From assembly GCF_009834535.1 (NCBI RefSeq), contig NC_045702.1, positions 5,952,001 through 6,016,000 of the forward strand: a stretch of DNA of 64,000 bases, written 5' to 3'. The notes under the pieces were generated by a model. That model saw nothing but the letters and a program-made list of their open reading frames with translations. It was not told the DNA's origin and searched no databases. Shown here one piece after another: positions 19,900-32,402 of this stretch (position 1 is its first letter; every line of letters begins with the position of its first letter). Made by a program: the position numbers and the translations under genes. This DNA comes from Camelus ferus (taxonomy: Eukaryota).

Positions 19900-22420
19900 T
19901 GTTATACACGATAAGAGAACTCAGTAAACTGGCTGGATTTAATGCTAATATATAGAAATCAAAAGCAAATATATGCAAACAACAACCATTTAACAAATAT
20001 AAAGAAAAGATTCAATTTTACTAACGATAAAGATTAAACGTCATGGAATAAGCTTAATAAAATGTACAAAATTTATGTGAAAAATACATTTTTAAACATA
20101 GGACTACAAAAAGAACACCTGAACAAGTGGACAGGCAGATCATGTTCAGGGCTAGGAAGACCTGAACAAAGAGGGGACTATTCACTGTAAATTCATTCAA
20201 CAATGTTCCCATTTTGAAAACAATTGGGTTTTTTTGTCTTTTCCTTACTGACTTTTAGGAGTTGTTAATATTTTCTGGACATATATCCTTTATTAGGCAT
20301 ATATATTGTGAATACTCTCTCCCAATCTGTCTCTTAACTTCTCTCTTAATCATGTATTGTGAGGTCAGAAGTTCATCACAACGAAGTTCAACTTTTCAGT
20401 GTTTCTTTGATGGTTAGTGCTTTTTGTGTCCTTTTAAAGAAATCTTCAACTACCTCATGACTTGTATATATTTTTAGATATAAAGTATTACAAACATCTA
20501 ATAAAGCACAGAAAAAATATGACACCTATGAAAAAACACCTCATAGATAACTAGATGTTTGCTTCTGTCTTTAACCCACCTGAACTTTACTTTTGTGCGT
20601 GATCTGAGAGATTAAATCTAACCTTTTTTTTTTTTTTTTTTTCATTTAGAGAGCCAGTTCTTTTGCAGTCCATCCTTTCCTCACTGATTTGTTCTTGGGG
20701 ATCTTCTCCTAGGCTCTATATTTCTGTTCTAATGTCTTTCTGTTCCTGTACTAATTATCTCTCCCTACAGGAATACATCTATTTTTTCAGGTATAATTTA
20801 GATCCAATATATGTCTCAATTTTAAGTGCACATTTCAATGAGTTTTAACAAATTTATTCACCTGCAGAACCACCACCACAATCACGATGTAGGATATTTC
20901 TACCACACATACCCCAAAGTAATAGATCCATCTTGCTTTTTCCCAGTTAACCTCTCACCTTGGGCTCCAGCTAACTGTTACTATACCTTCTGTTATGAAA
21001 GATTGGGTTTACAGTTCCTAGTGCTTCATATAGATGGAACTATCCTGTATGCAGTCTTTATATGTTTGGCCTCTTTTACTTAACACAATGTTTTTGAGAT
21101 TCATCCATGTTGATGTGTGAATCAGGAACCCATTACTTTTTATTGCTGAGTAGAATTCCTTTAGAGGAATACAGTGCCATTTGTTGACCCATTCACCCTG
21201 TTGATGATTTGGGTTGTTTTCAGTTTTAGGCTATCACAAATAAAGCTGCTGTGAACATACCTGTATAAGTCTTTGTGTGGACTGACATTTTCAATTATCT
21301 TTGGTAAATAAGATTGAGTGGAGTGGATGGTAAATTATGTTTAACTCTCTAAGAAACTGCCAAGCTGTTTGTGCCATTTTATATTCCTGGCAGCAATGTT
21401 CAAGTTGCTCCAAATCTTTGTCAACACTTTGTATTGTCAGTCTTTTTCATCTTAGCCATTCAAATGGGTGTGGTGACATCTCATTCTGGTTATAATTTGC
21501 ACTCCCAGATGACATGATGTTGATTATGCTTCTGTGTGCTTACTTGCCATTTGTATGTCTTCTTTTGTGAAGTGTGGGTTCACATTACTTGCCTGCTTTT
21601 AAAAATTGGGCTTGTCTTATTGTTGAATTCTTTATATTCTTTATAGATTTGTATTTTATTCAGTCCTTTATATATTCAGGGTGGAAGCCCTTTGACAGTT
21701 ATATGTATTACAAATATTTTCTCCTAATTTGTGGTTAGCTTTTCATTTTCTTAACAATGATTGTGAAGAGCAGTAGAAGAGATGGGGCTGTCTGATCTCA
21801 CTGCCCCCAACCCCACCCCACACACACCATCTTCTTCCCTCTCTCTTCCTGGAACTAGATTCCCAAGGATTAGGGGGACTTGTAGCTAAAATAGATAAAG
21901 AAATTCTATAGATCAATAAGAAAAAGACCAAAAAAAAAAAAAAACCCTAATAGAAAAGCAAGCAAACAATATGAACAGGCAAATTAGAGAAGCTGAAATC
22001 CAAATGAACAAACAACAAACAGAAAAAAGAGAGTCAGCATCACCAGTTATTAGGAAAATGCAACTTAAAACAAGATACCATTTCACACACATTATCTGAT
22101 TGAAAAAATTTAAAAGGCTGAATAATAAATGAAGTCCAGGAATTCAGACAAGGTTGGTAGGAGTGTAAATGGAAACAGTTGCTTTGGAGGGGAATTTGGC
22201 AGTATCTGGTAATGCTGAAAGTAAGCATCACCCACAGCTCCACTCTCTACACAGACACGTACATGCCAGGGGAGTTCCAGCGCATTTGCACAAAGACGTA
22301 TTACAGGGATGCTTACTGTTTGCAACAGGAAGAGCTGGCAGTGATGCAAGTGTCATCAATAACACTAATGCAGAAACAGAACCTGTATGTCACACTGGAC
22401 TAGATCTGTCTGTAATAACA
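19900..22420. mobile_element. Patchwork of old LINE-1 (L1M) fragments in both orientations
   Basis: AT-rich with typical L1 ORF2/3' motifs, e.g. CATCCATGTTG, AATAAAGCTGCTGTGAACAT, GGAAAATGCAACTTAAAAC..GATACCATTTCACAC. Confidence 0.7.
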
Positions 22421-22421
22421 T

Positions 22422-22740
22422 TGTATTAGTCAGTGATGCCACCTTAATGCTGCATAAGACACCTGAAAACCCTGACTTAAAATGAACCTTTTTTTTTTTT
22501 TTTTCGCTCATATAACTGCTTCCGCTGAGGTTTGGCCAAACTAGTCGAGGTATGGCCCAACTTGGCTCCAGGTCATGTTTCTTCTCTGGGGTCAGAAGGC
22601 TGCCCAGGGCACAGCATTTCTCATGATCAAGGCAGAAGTGCAAGCCATCCACTCTATGAGTGACTGGAGCTGGAGAAACTCTGGGAACATTTACATACAA
22701 AACCCCTTCAGTCTTTGGTTGAAGAGTGTGCTGATGACAA
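22422..22740. mobile_element. MaLR solo LTR (MLT1J/K-like), end approximate
   Basis: Begins TGTATTAGTCAG...; contains TTCTCATGATCAAGGCAGAAGTGCAAG, typical of old MLT1 LTRs. Confidence 0.5.
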
Positions 22741-22899
22741 TAATTTCCTGATAGCACCTCCAGCCTTTGCACAGGGCTTAAAGGTGGTGTTGGCAGTTGG
22801 AAGTCAGGCTGGTGGGCATGGAAGTACTCAGACCAAGGGGCAATGCATGGACATTGGCTGTGTCTACTAAGAGATGTGTCCACTACAGTCTCATCAGTT

Positions 22900-23720
22900 T
22901 TGATCTTTGCTAATATAATAGGTAATGATGAAGTTACATTGTTGTTTCAATTTGTTTTCTCTGATTATAAATGTTCTGAAGCATCTTTTCATGCAGAAAA
23001 ATCACTTCTACTTCTTTGATGAATTGCCTGCTTGCCTCCTTTGCCATTTACCTACGTGTGTTGTTCTCACCTTGTTGCTGAGCTCTGTGTCTATGAGTTG
23101 CAAATCACTTTCCCTGTTTTTCCTTTATCTTTTTTCTTTACTTTTTTTTTTTTTTTTTGCCTTGCAGGAAATTCAAATTTGTCAAACTTTATCATCATCG
23201 CTGCTGGATTTCTTCCCCCACCCCCTTAGTTAGACCTTCCCCGTTACAAGATCAGTTTTTTTTAATTTAATTTTTTAATATTTTCTTCTGGTACATTTAT
23301 AGTTTCATTTAAATTTGTTAAATCTCTGATCCATCTGGCATTTATTTGGTTGCCAGGAGAGAGTCTCAACACTGTTCATTGCCTTTATTCATTTTTTCCT
23401 TGTGGACTTGACTTGCCATGTTTATCAATTTATTTCTGGACCCTCGTTTTCTTCCATTGATTTGTCTGTCTTATCACGTGCCAGCACTATTGCTTTCATT
23501 TCTGCCTTTCAAATTGTGACTTTATATTTATACTACTTTTAAATATCTGGGAGGGCTGGTGTCCTTGCCAATACTCTGCTTTTTTTCAGAAATTCCCTGG
23601 TTATTTCTTACCTTCTTATTTTCCTTGAGAACTTTAGATTCAGCGTGTCCAGTCTGAATCTCCCCTCCTCCCCCCACCTCCAGGAGTATTAGCATTTTTA
23701 TTGCGAGGACACTACATTTC
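22900..23720 (-). mobile_element. Old LINE-1 fragment
   Basis: T-rich antisense L1 ORF2-like text (CCATCTGGCATTTATTTGG, GTGCCAGCACTATTG, TTTATTGCGAGGACACTACATTT). Confidence 0.55.
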
Positions 23721-23949
23721 CAGATTACGTTAAGGACATTTGACTCGAAACCTAGAAATACAGACACATAAACAGGCCCCAGGTATTCTTCGTGGCGCTT
23801 ATTTCTCAAGTCCTAGCTCCCGGGACTGTCACTTCGTTTTCCAAGGTGTCTGTGACGGGGAACAAGAAACGGGGAAGGAAGCTGAGATCCTGGAAGAACG
23901 AAGGGGGCTGTGGCGGCAGGGTTATGATATAAAGATCATGTGATTCGCA

Positions 23950-24160
23950 GCTGTCATTTATTGATGAGGCAGGCACTTTAGGCCATTCTCTCAGCTCCTC
24001 TCACATCCTATACGAGGCAGGCAGTAGGATTATTCTACCAGCTCCGCAATAAAACTGAAGCTCGGGGAGACTAAATAACTTTTGCTCAGCTAATAATTGG
24101 AGGAGCTGGAATTTGAACCCAGGCAGCCCAGTTCTGTAGCTCAACGATGAAGCTGAGCTG
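23950..24160. mobile_element. MIR SINE
   Basis: CTCACATCCTATACGAGGCAGG...AATAAAACTGAAGCTCGGGGAG...GGAGCTGGAATTTGAACCCAGGCAG matches the MIR core. Confidence 0.65.
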
Positions 24161-24169
24161 AGCTGCTCA

Positions 24170-24720
24170 GTCAAGGTGAACGGCTTCCGGGAGGCTGGGC
24201 AGAAAGAAAAAAGAGAGAAATGTTTGGCGAATCGATGGCTGCAGACCAAGGGCACGGCCGCTTTGCCTGGTATCATAACGGGTCAAGGTCGCAGCCTCTG
24301 CAGCAATCCTTCCGGCCCCGAGCTCCCCCGTGAGACCCAGAATGCGCATGCGCAGGAACCCCCCCCCCATCCCCCCCAGGGGCCTCCGTCTGTCAGGAGA
24401 CAGAAGGCTGACCTTCGCAGTAGCGCGGAAAAGCCTTGCTGTCATCACGGCCCTTCCTCCTGAGGTGAAGGAGCTGAGGTGGGGGTTCTGTGGCTTTCTG
24501 AGAATATCCATCCCAGCCCTTTTCAGGGCAAGATGCCCGCTGGGTGAGCTAAGGTTCCGCGACGCCCGCGCCCTCACCTGGCCTCCGACTGAGGCACCGT
24601 CTCACTGCTGCACCGCATGCGCTGGGATTGGAATCCGCTCAGACACCCGATAATCCCCTAAAGCTTGGGTCTTCCTTCTCCCCAGGGCGTGGTTTCCAGA
24701 TCAGGAGCTCCAGGTTCTGC
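24170..24720. promoter_or_regulatory. Orphan CpG-enriched promoter-like element with a perfect NRF1 palindrome
   Basis: TGCGCATGCGCA at 24343-24354; second CGCATGCGC at ~24613-24621; local CpG enrichment; splice-donor matches on both strands. Confidence 0.55.
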
Positions 24721-24854
24721 GGGGAAATGCTCGTGGGACACCCTGGTGCTCCGGATACCACCTTCCGTAGAGGTTTCCCAATCTTTTCACAGGGGCTCTG
24801 GGTGGATAACTGATGAAATCTTATCAGTCACCTGAGGGGTCGAGATACTAGAGT

Positions 24855-25097
24855 CGTGATTCCCTACTCGTGGAGGGGGGAAGGGACTTGGCCCCCCAGG
24901 GAACATTTCACAAAGGCTGGAGACATGTAAGGTGATCACAACCAGGAGCAGGGAGAACAATTTCACCGGCGTCCGCTAGGTAGAGGTCAGGGGGCTGCTA
25001 ACATTCCTACAAGGCACAGGACAGCACCCCCCCTCCCGCCCCCAACAAAGAATTATCCAGCCCAAACTCCAGTAGTGCCGAGGTAGGGGAACCCCTG
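24855..25097 (+). mobile_element. MER20-like hAT-Charlie MITE
   Basis: GCCCCCCAGGGAACATTT...CTGGAGACAT...AACAAAGAATTATCCAGCCCAAA...AGTAGTGCCGAGG...AACCCCTG. Confidence 0.75.
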
Positions 25098-25104
25098 TCT
25101 TTGG

Positions 25105-25275
25105 GGGTTTCAGCTAGCATTGTTTAAAATGCAGAGTCTTGACTCCTGTCTGTGACATTCTAATCCAGTGGGGTTTGGAAGTGGGACCCCGGAATCTGCA
25201 TTTTCAAGATTTCCAGGCAATTCTAGTAGAGGTGGGCCACGTTCCACCCTGACAAATGCTGTTGCATGATTCCAC
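25105..25275. mobile_element. MER5A-like hAT-Charlie MITE
   Basis: TTGTTTAAAATGCAGA...GGAATCTGCATTTTCAAG...CCAGGCAATTC matches the MER5A palindromic core. Confidence 0.6.
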
Positions 25276-27419
25276 AACGCTGCTCCCTAGACCTGAGTGG
25301 GCCTGCCTAAGAACAACCCAGAGCACTTGTTCAAAGTCTGGGATCCTCACTCCATCCCTGGGAGTCTGTCCTTGTAGACCTGGCTTCGGTTCCAGCATTC
25401 TGTGGGTTGGTTTGTTCTGAGCGGTTCTCAAGCAAGTTCATTACACGGAGCATGGGCTGAGTTAGCGTAGACTTTGGTCCCCTGCCCTCAACCTTCTGGT
25501 GTTACAAGTCAAGCAAACTGTGGTGGCTGCCAACTGACTTCATTCCCGGAAACCCCAAGGTTTATAAACAAAGGTCACTTACAGCACTCGAACTTGGAGA
25601 TTCTCAGAAGCAACGCCAACTACCCCCACTTGATTTCACCTCTACTCCTCAAATTCCCAATATTATCAATGATCCCACTTTTGTTCAAAAATCCCAAATT
25701 CTCCAAGGGCCTTGGTTTAGGGGCTTCATCAGGGAGGGGTGACCCTGTGGATGCAGTAACAGCCACCTTCTGTATTATTTCCTTCTTTCCATTGAGAATC
25801 TGGGCTGATGGGCGTCCCTGCTATGGCTTGGAATGTGCCAGATGGCAGGATGCTGAGGTGGGAAAAGTCACAGAGGATTGTTGGGAAGCCGGGCATCGGT
25901 GCAGCATCCAGCTAGCAAGTCCCCTTAGTTCTTTGCCTTTTGGGTTCCCCGAGCAGTGCCTGGCACCTAGCTGTTGTGGTTCCATTATCATTCAAGGGCT
26001 TTTAGTCAGTGTGAGAGCGCGTGGCCCCAGGGACCGCCCAACCAGTTCTGTCTGGAGGTCTCCATCCCTTGTGCAGCACTGCCCTCTGTCGGCCGCTCTG
26101 TGTGTGTGCAGCTTAGCTAATCTCGCCGGCCTTTGTCTTCTCTGGGGCTTGTCGGGCCCAGGGTGGTCTCCCAGGCTGCTTCCTGCTCTGCCATTAGGGG
26201 TGGTGCAGGGGTACCCACCCTGGGCCACTGCCCATCTTTAGGGATCTTTTGCTTCCTGTAGGTGCTGGGAGCGTCTGCGTCAGAGGCCGACATTTACAGA
26301 TGTGCTTCCCACTTGGCAGGGGAAGGGGCGCTTCTTGCTTGAAACAAACTACAAAAGAACTCTCGGCACAAGTCGGTCCACACCCTGAACTAAGACTCGC
26401 CCAACCTGGCATGGCTTCTGGCCGCATAAGGCTGCATCCCTGGGCAAGCCGGCCCCATCGAGTTCCTGTCTGACCAAACTCTGGGCTGTGAGAACCGACT
26501 GTCTAGCCAATACCTGACCTTTCTTAGAGCATTTACCACTGTGAACACTTCTTCTGTGCCTCTGGGACATCCATGTATGGATCTCCTGCCACCCAGGAGT
26601 GCCTCTCCAGGACTGCTCCTCGGAGGTGAAGTCGGGATGACTCGGGCCTCTGTCCCCAGTCTCTGTGCCTGGATGCACTTACAGCCCCCAATCCTCTGTG
26701 ACTTTTCACTTTCCTGACTCTACTCAGGCCCCGCTCACCCCACCCCACCCTCCCTTGTTCTCCTGTTAAAGTGCCCAGTCACCTCACATAGGCACAGGCA
26801 CTACAGAGCTCACATTTCCCTACTGTCAGTGGTTACAGAATAAAACCTACTTCATGGCTTTGACTCACGTCTGGCTGTGTTCATTTCTGACAAAACCTTC
26901 TCTCCCCGCAGTCCCTGTCCTGCAGGTGGGATGAAAGCTTTGAGAGGAACCCCAACTTCACAAAGCAGGCGGGCCCAGACCCTGGGGGGAGCATCCCAAG
27001 CTCCCGGCCTCTCCTCTCACCCTGAATGGCTGCACAGGCAGCGAGAGAGGAAGGGGTGGGTAGTCACCATGCTGGGAAGGGGACGGGACACCAGACCCAG
27101 GGTGCTCCCCAGGGCCCCGGGAACAGGCTGCCCGGTCGTGGTTCCACGAGAACTCAGGGACAGACACACACATCCCACCTCTGCAGGCTACATCTTCCTC
27201 TTGACCTTTAAACTCGTGTTTCCAACTCACCAAGCGTGGATGCCCCAGACACACCCAGCTTACCAGGACACAAAGGAGACCCCAGGTCATCACCGCCCTC
27301 CAGCCTGCTCCTCCTTCACAGCCTGTCACTGAGAGGGTCCAGGTGCCAGGTACTGGGCACTCTTTTAGCCCACTGCTCATCACAGGGTCCACCTTGCCGC
27401 CTCTCTCTCCCCACCACCT

Positions 27420-27790
27420 ACTCCCTACTCACCTTCAGCTCCTAACCAGACCTTCAGTCTGCCCATGCATGCCCATCTTCACCACCACTCCCATCCGGAG
27501 CCCTGGTAACAGGCTGCCTCCCATCACGCACCCTGTGGAGATCCTAGAAACCAAGTGGGGTCATGTGACAACCCTGCTTCCGAACCTTTTGTGGCTCCAC
27601 ATTCCCTTGGATCAACCCAGACTCCTCAGTGTTCAGGCCCTCAGTGGTCCTTCCTCATTTCTCCCGGTTCCTCCCCTGTGCAACTCCTACCCCCACACTC
27701 TGTAGCGCCTCCCATGAGCTACACTCTCTGGCCTCAGAGTGCCAGCTCCCTCTCCTCACTCTGCCTGGAAGCTGATCCTCACTCAAGCCC
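27420..27790. mobile_element. LINE-2 fragment
   Basis: GGTCATGTGACAACCCTGCTTCCGAACCTTTTGTGGCTCCACATT resembles the L2 consensus. Confidence 0.45.
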
Positions 27791-27853
27791 AGCGCAGAGC
27801 CCTTGGGTATTTAGGAATGAGGCAGACCACACTCCGGAATGTTGGGGACCTGC

Positions 27854-27859
27854 TTTATT
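27854..27859 (-). terminator. ATP6V0E2: Putative ATP6V0E2 poly(A) signal AATAAA
   Basis: TTTATT on +, ~1.35 kb downstream of a candidate terminal-exon acceptor (ccccAG at 29201-29202). Confidence 0.55.
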
Positions 27860-30052
27860 GCAGAGCCCCAGGAACCACATGCTCTGTAATCCGGGACACG
27901 GACAATGGTGGTCAAGTTTCCATTTGAATGAGTCCTCTGTCTTCCTCCTCCTGCCAGGCCTAGTTCTGGGCAGCATCCAGTCTCCTCTGGTCTCAGGAAA
28001 ATGCAGTTCTCAGTATCCACGTCCCAGAGCTGCAGCTCCAAGCAGCTGCCAGTCCCCTTTCCTGTCCCCCAGATCCACACACTGAGGGAATGGGAAGCGG
28101 GTGGGCAGAGGAAGAGCAGCCTCAGCCAGGACTCTGCCACCAAACAAACAGTAATTCCCCCACCACGCGTGAGTCACTAGACACGGGTCAGGTTTCCAGT
28201 ACAATCCAGACTCGACACCCCCCACTCCAGGAGGCCCACAGAGGTCAGCACAGGAAGGGAGTTTGAAAGGGGTTGGGTGGGATGTCAAAGGGAGGCCCCA
28301 ATCTGAGCAACAGGCCAAGCCCAGAGCCAAGAAATCCAGGTGAGATGTGTCACCTTCTACCACTGTTCCCAAAAATGACACCCACCAAATAGAATGCCAG
28401 TCTAATAAACAGTCAATATATACAGATACTGGCTCCTTCCCCCTGGGAGGAAAGGCGGCAGAGTAGAGTCAGGGGACTCCAGTTAGCTCTGGGACTGCAG
28501 GCAAGTGTCTGAGATCTCAGCTCCACCTCTCCTGGGAGAAGTGAGGCCATGAGCTAGGGGTCCTAGGTTTGCTCTGGTCTGACGCCCTCGCCAGGCAGGT
28601 GCTCCTCCACCCCTCAGCATCCCAGCACAGAGCCCGGCCACTCCGCAGGATAGGTCTGGTGCTGGCCTCAGGAGCCAGGGTGGGCCCAGGGGCCCACGGT
28701 GCCACCCACAGCTCACCTATACCTGTCTCCCCACCCTCTCTAGCTCCAGGTGACGTATGTGCTGCCGTGAGGGGCTCTGAATCTACCCCCACTGCAGCCA
28801 AATGAGGGAGAGGCCAGGCCTGGGGCAGGAGCTGCCTTCCCTTTCTCCCGGCTCACGCAGTGCTCAGACGAAGCCTCTGGGCGGGGAGACAGCTTGTCCA
28901 CAGACGAGGAGGCCCAGGTAGGGAAGGCGGAACAGAATACTCTGAGGATATACCACTTTCTGAGCAAGCCAATTTAAGTGACTGTAACTATAAAAGATGC
29001 TAAACATACAGGTTTCAATCCTGACCCAAGAGACTATGTTGCTTTTTTGTGTGCGAATGTTTTTCCATTATTTCAACATTTTCACACACTTCACATCTAC
29101 ATGTGTCAGAAAATTAAAGAACTCCAATAAAGGCCTTTGACACACCCCGATCGAGCCCCTCCAGCTCATGGGTGAGGAGGCCCACGCGGGCAGATGCTTC
29201 CTGGGGTCACACAGCAGGATGGTGGCCAGGCTGACATAACTGGTCCCCTGACTCCTCACCCAGGGCTTCCTCTCCGGCCTGGCCCATCCCAGGCTCAGAG
29301 CACCTGGGCTGGATGCCCCTTCTCCACAGGGCACATGGCCTTCCCTGGGCCGCCCCCTTTTGTAAAAGGTAGGCTCCCAGGCAGTATCTACATGGGAGGG
29401 GGCAGTGGCACCAGAGGGCTGGGTATCTCCTGCGCCAGCTTGACTCTGAGCTCAGGGCTTCCTGAGGCCCAGACTGGCTGGGAAGGTGGGACTTTCCAGA
29501 ACCAGGGAGGCCTTGAAGGAGGGTGCACAGAGGAACCAGGACACAGCTGTGGGGGTGACAAAAGGGTCATCAGGGGCGGTGGAGCCAAGGTGATCCAGAG
29601 CGCTGGGACACCTGAAAATCACATCACATGAAAGAGTCACCTCCTCGCCGTGGAGACCCCCTCCCCCAACCCCTCCCCCAACCCCTCCATGGAGAGCCTG
29701 AGTTGGTCACCCAGCTTACCTCAAACATCCCTCTGCCTGGGTAGCGTCTCAGGGCTCCGGTGCCCCAGCCCTCCCCCCACTCACAACAGACTGCGTTCCC
29801 GGCCGCCTCTCTGTGGTCTGCAAACCCACAAGCGGGCTGGGCAGCTGTGCTCCCCAGGGACTCCAGTCTTCCATCCATCCCAGCACAGCACCAGGTGGGG
29901 AGGGAGCAGGTGCTTAGCACTTTTTTTTCTTAATAAATGAATGCCTGAATCCAGCACAAACTCTTATAACAACCCTGCCCGGGCTCTTCCTCCTGGGGCC
30001 CTTCCCCACCCTGCCCGCCGCCCCATGGTACCTGGGGCCGAAGCGGCAGCGG

Positions 30053-30146
30053 TCACTCCCACAGGAAGCGCACATACCAGATGGTCTCATTCTTCAGCTG
30101 GGGCCCAAACAGGGGGTTGAGCTGAGCCAGGATGGCGATGAGCCAG
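30053..30146 (-). CDS. ATP6V0E2: V-ATPase V0 subunit e2, coding exon 3 (stop)
   Basis: (F)[33 protein letters not shown]; 94 nt; acceptor gcAG. The donor after the stop is at 30031. Spliced total 81 aa. Confidence 0.97.
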
Positions 30147-31918
30147 CTGCCAGGGACAGCAGAGCGAGGGTGAGCCTGGATGCAAGGAACTGCCATGCAC
30201 CCCTCACATCAGGCCGCTGGTCAAGTGACCAACCCAACAGACGAAGGGTCTGGCTTCCAGAGTGAAGGGTCCCGCCGAGCCATCCACACTGCAGCCAGCA
30301 CGGAGGCTCTGTCTGGGGCGTGTGGGTTTGGGTTTAGGCTTGGTATGACTTGATATTTTGTAGATTTATAGGATCACTGAATCAGGCTGGACCTGGGATT
30401 AGGCAAGAGGAAAGACAGCCTCCAGCAGCACCTAGGGAGCAACTCGCAGCTGTGCCCTAATACGTTTCTGGTCCGGGCCCCTCCAACCTGCACTTGGAGC
30501 AGGACAAGGCTGGGCTGATGGCAGGCATGTCAGAACCACTGCCTTTTAGGAGCAAGATGAAGGAACTACCCCGATGTGTGGAACTGAACACCAAGAGCCC
30601 CACTCCCAGGCCTGCTGAGGACAGGACAGGGACTGTCCTTCAGGCCAGTGAGCTCTCAGGGCCCATCAGCAGGCTGCACATCACATCTCGGGGGGGGGCC
30701 TGGGCCCCATCACTGTGACTGCGCTTGCCACAGTGGCAGGCCCCCAAGGCCTCTGGAGGTGGGTGACTTTACATGCCTTAGGTGATGGTACTGCGGTGCT
30801 CGGTCTGGTTTTGCAGGAAGGGTCAGCTCTTCTCACCCGTGAATCCCCCACAGCAGCCGGGCACGTGCCTGATGCCCAGGAAGCTGTCAGAAATCACTGC
30901 CCACTTATCATCGTACTATTCTGAGCATGTAATTTCTAGACGTGGTCCCACCTGACTGTGTGCATCCAATCTGCAGCCCAGTCTCCCTTTCCCACATGTT
31001 GACTTGATGTTTGTACACTCCGCCTCCCCATGTTCCCAGGCACCATCCTCTATGTCCCGGTCTCTGAGCCCCTCTGAGGTCCTGCTTGGGTCAGATGGAG
31101 ACATTCTGCCAAGGTCCGAAGAACCAAGAAGCAACACAGAGACAGGACCGTAGAGATGCTCTCTGTCAGGAAGAATTCTGAAACACTGTATGTCCCTATG
31201 TATTTAAGCTAACATCTAACAGTCATCATTATTTTTTACAAGTTTTATTTTTTCATTAATAGGTAGAAAATATTAAATATTATATAAAGTGAAACAAGAG
31301 AGAATTCACTAATAGGAATAAATAGTTCATAATCTAATTAGATAAAACAGGTTTTAACTACATAACATGTACCAAATCTGAAATTAGTCATGTAAATTTT
31401 TTTAAATGTGGGTTTTATTCTACGTATTTTGACAAATTTGGCAGTCCTGAGAAATATTCCAGTTACTTTTAAAATAATATTACCTTTTAAAGAATCAGCT
31501 TCTCATCATGTTACCTGTCCTGATTGTTCTGGATTCAGAATATACCAACTATGCCAAGCTTAACACATAAAAGTAGTGTATGAGACCCAGGAAGGTGAGA
31601 AGCCAAAAAGGCTTAATGTGGCTGAACCGATTAGGAGAGAGGCCACCCTCAAAGCCAGAACTTGGACTTATTCCTCAGTTTGGCAGCCAGGATGATTTAA
31701 CATGGAGAAACCTAACACAGAAGGATTGGGGACGGATGGCAGGGTGTCTTTTTTTGTAAAAGAGGAGCAGGCTATCACAATGGCAGCTTTAGAAAGGGAA
31801 CATCTGGACATGAGGACCCTGGAAGTGGATTCCCTCACACTGTCCTCGTACTCACATCTCTTGGAATGTTTCCCTATCTCCCAGGGACCTTTTCCAAGTT
31901 TGAAGACCTCTGTTCATC

Positions 31919-32092
31919 CAGTGGTTCTAAACTGGCTGCATCACAATCACCCAGGGGCAAGCACTAAAAATACAGATTCCCAAGTGCAGATCTTGAGAAC
32001 TGTGGTTTAGTGGCTGCAGGGGGAGCCCTGCAAGCTGTGTTTTACAATCTCTCCGGGTGATTCTGATGCCCAGTCAGGCATAAAAAGCACTG
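31919..32092. mobile_element. MER5-like hAT-Charlie MITE
   Basis: CAGTGGTTCTAAACTGGCTGCATCACAATCACCCAGG...GGTGATTCTGATGC...AGCACTG. Confidence 0.65.
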
Positions 32093-32354
32093 GCTCATTT
32101 CACAGATGAGAAAACTGGCGCCTTGGACATTACAAAGCTTGTCAGGTGATACATTTGGAACCAGAACCCAGAGTTCATGACTTCCAGCTCATCACTCTGC
32201 CACTGCACACCACCTCGTCTTCTGTGTTTTACTCGGCCTTTCAAGACCTGAAAGTGTCAGGACCAGGACAGAGGGGAGAGCAGGGCTGGGAGAGGAGGAA
32301 AGAAGGGAGGACAAAGGCACCCACTGACTTTGAGCAGGGGAGAGCAGTACTTAC

Positions 32355-32402
32355 AAGAGGTAACAGCAGACGGCGGTGGCCACCAGCATGGTGATGATCA
32401 CT
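32355..32402 (-). CDS. ATP6V0E2: V-ATPase V0 subunit e2, coding exon 2
   Basis: (G)VIITMLVATAVCCYL(F); 48 nt; ttgcAG / GTAAGT. Confidence 0.97.

Noticed and set aside
25474-26241. 255-aa plus-strand ORF
   Set aside because: TTG start and no recognisable motifs; could be a decayed repeat, but I cannot assign it.
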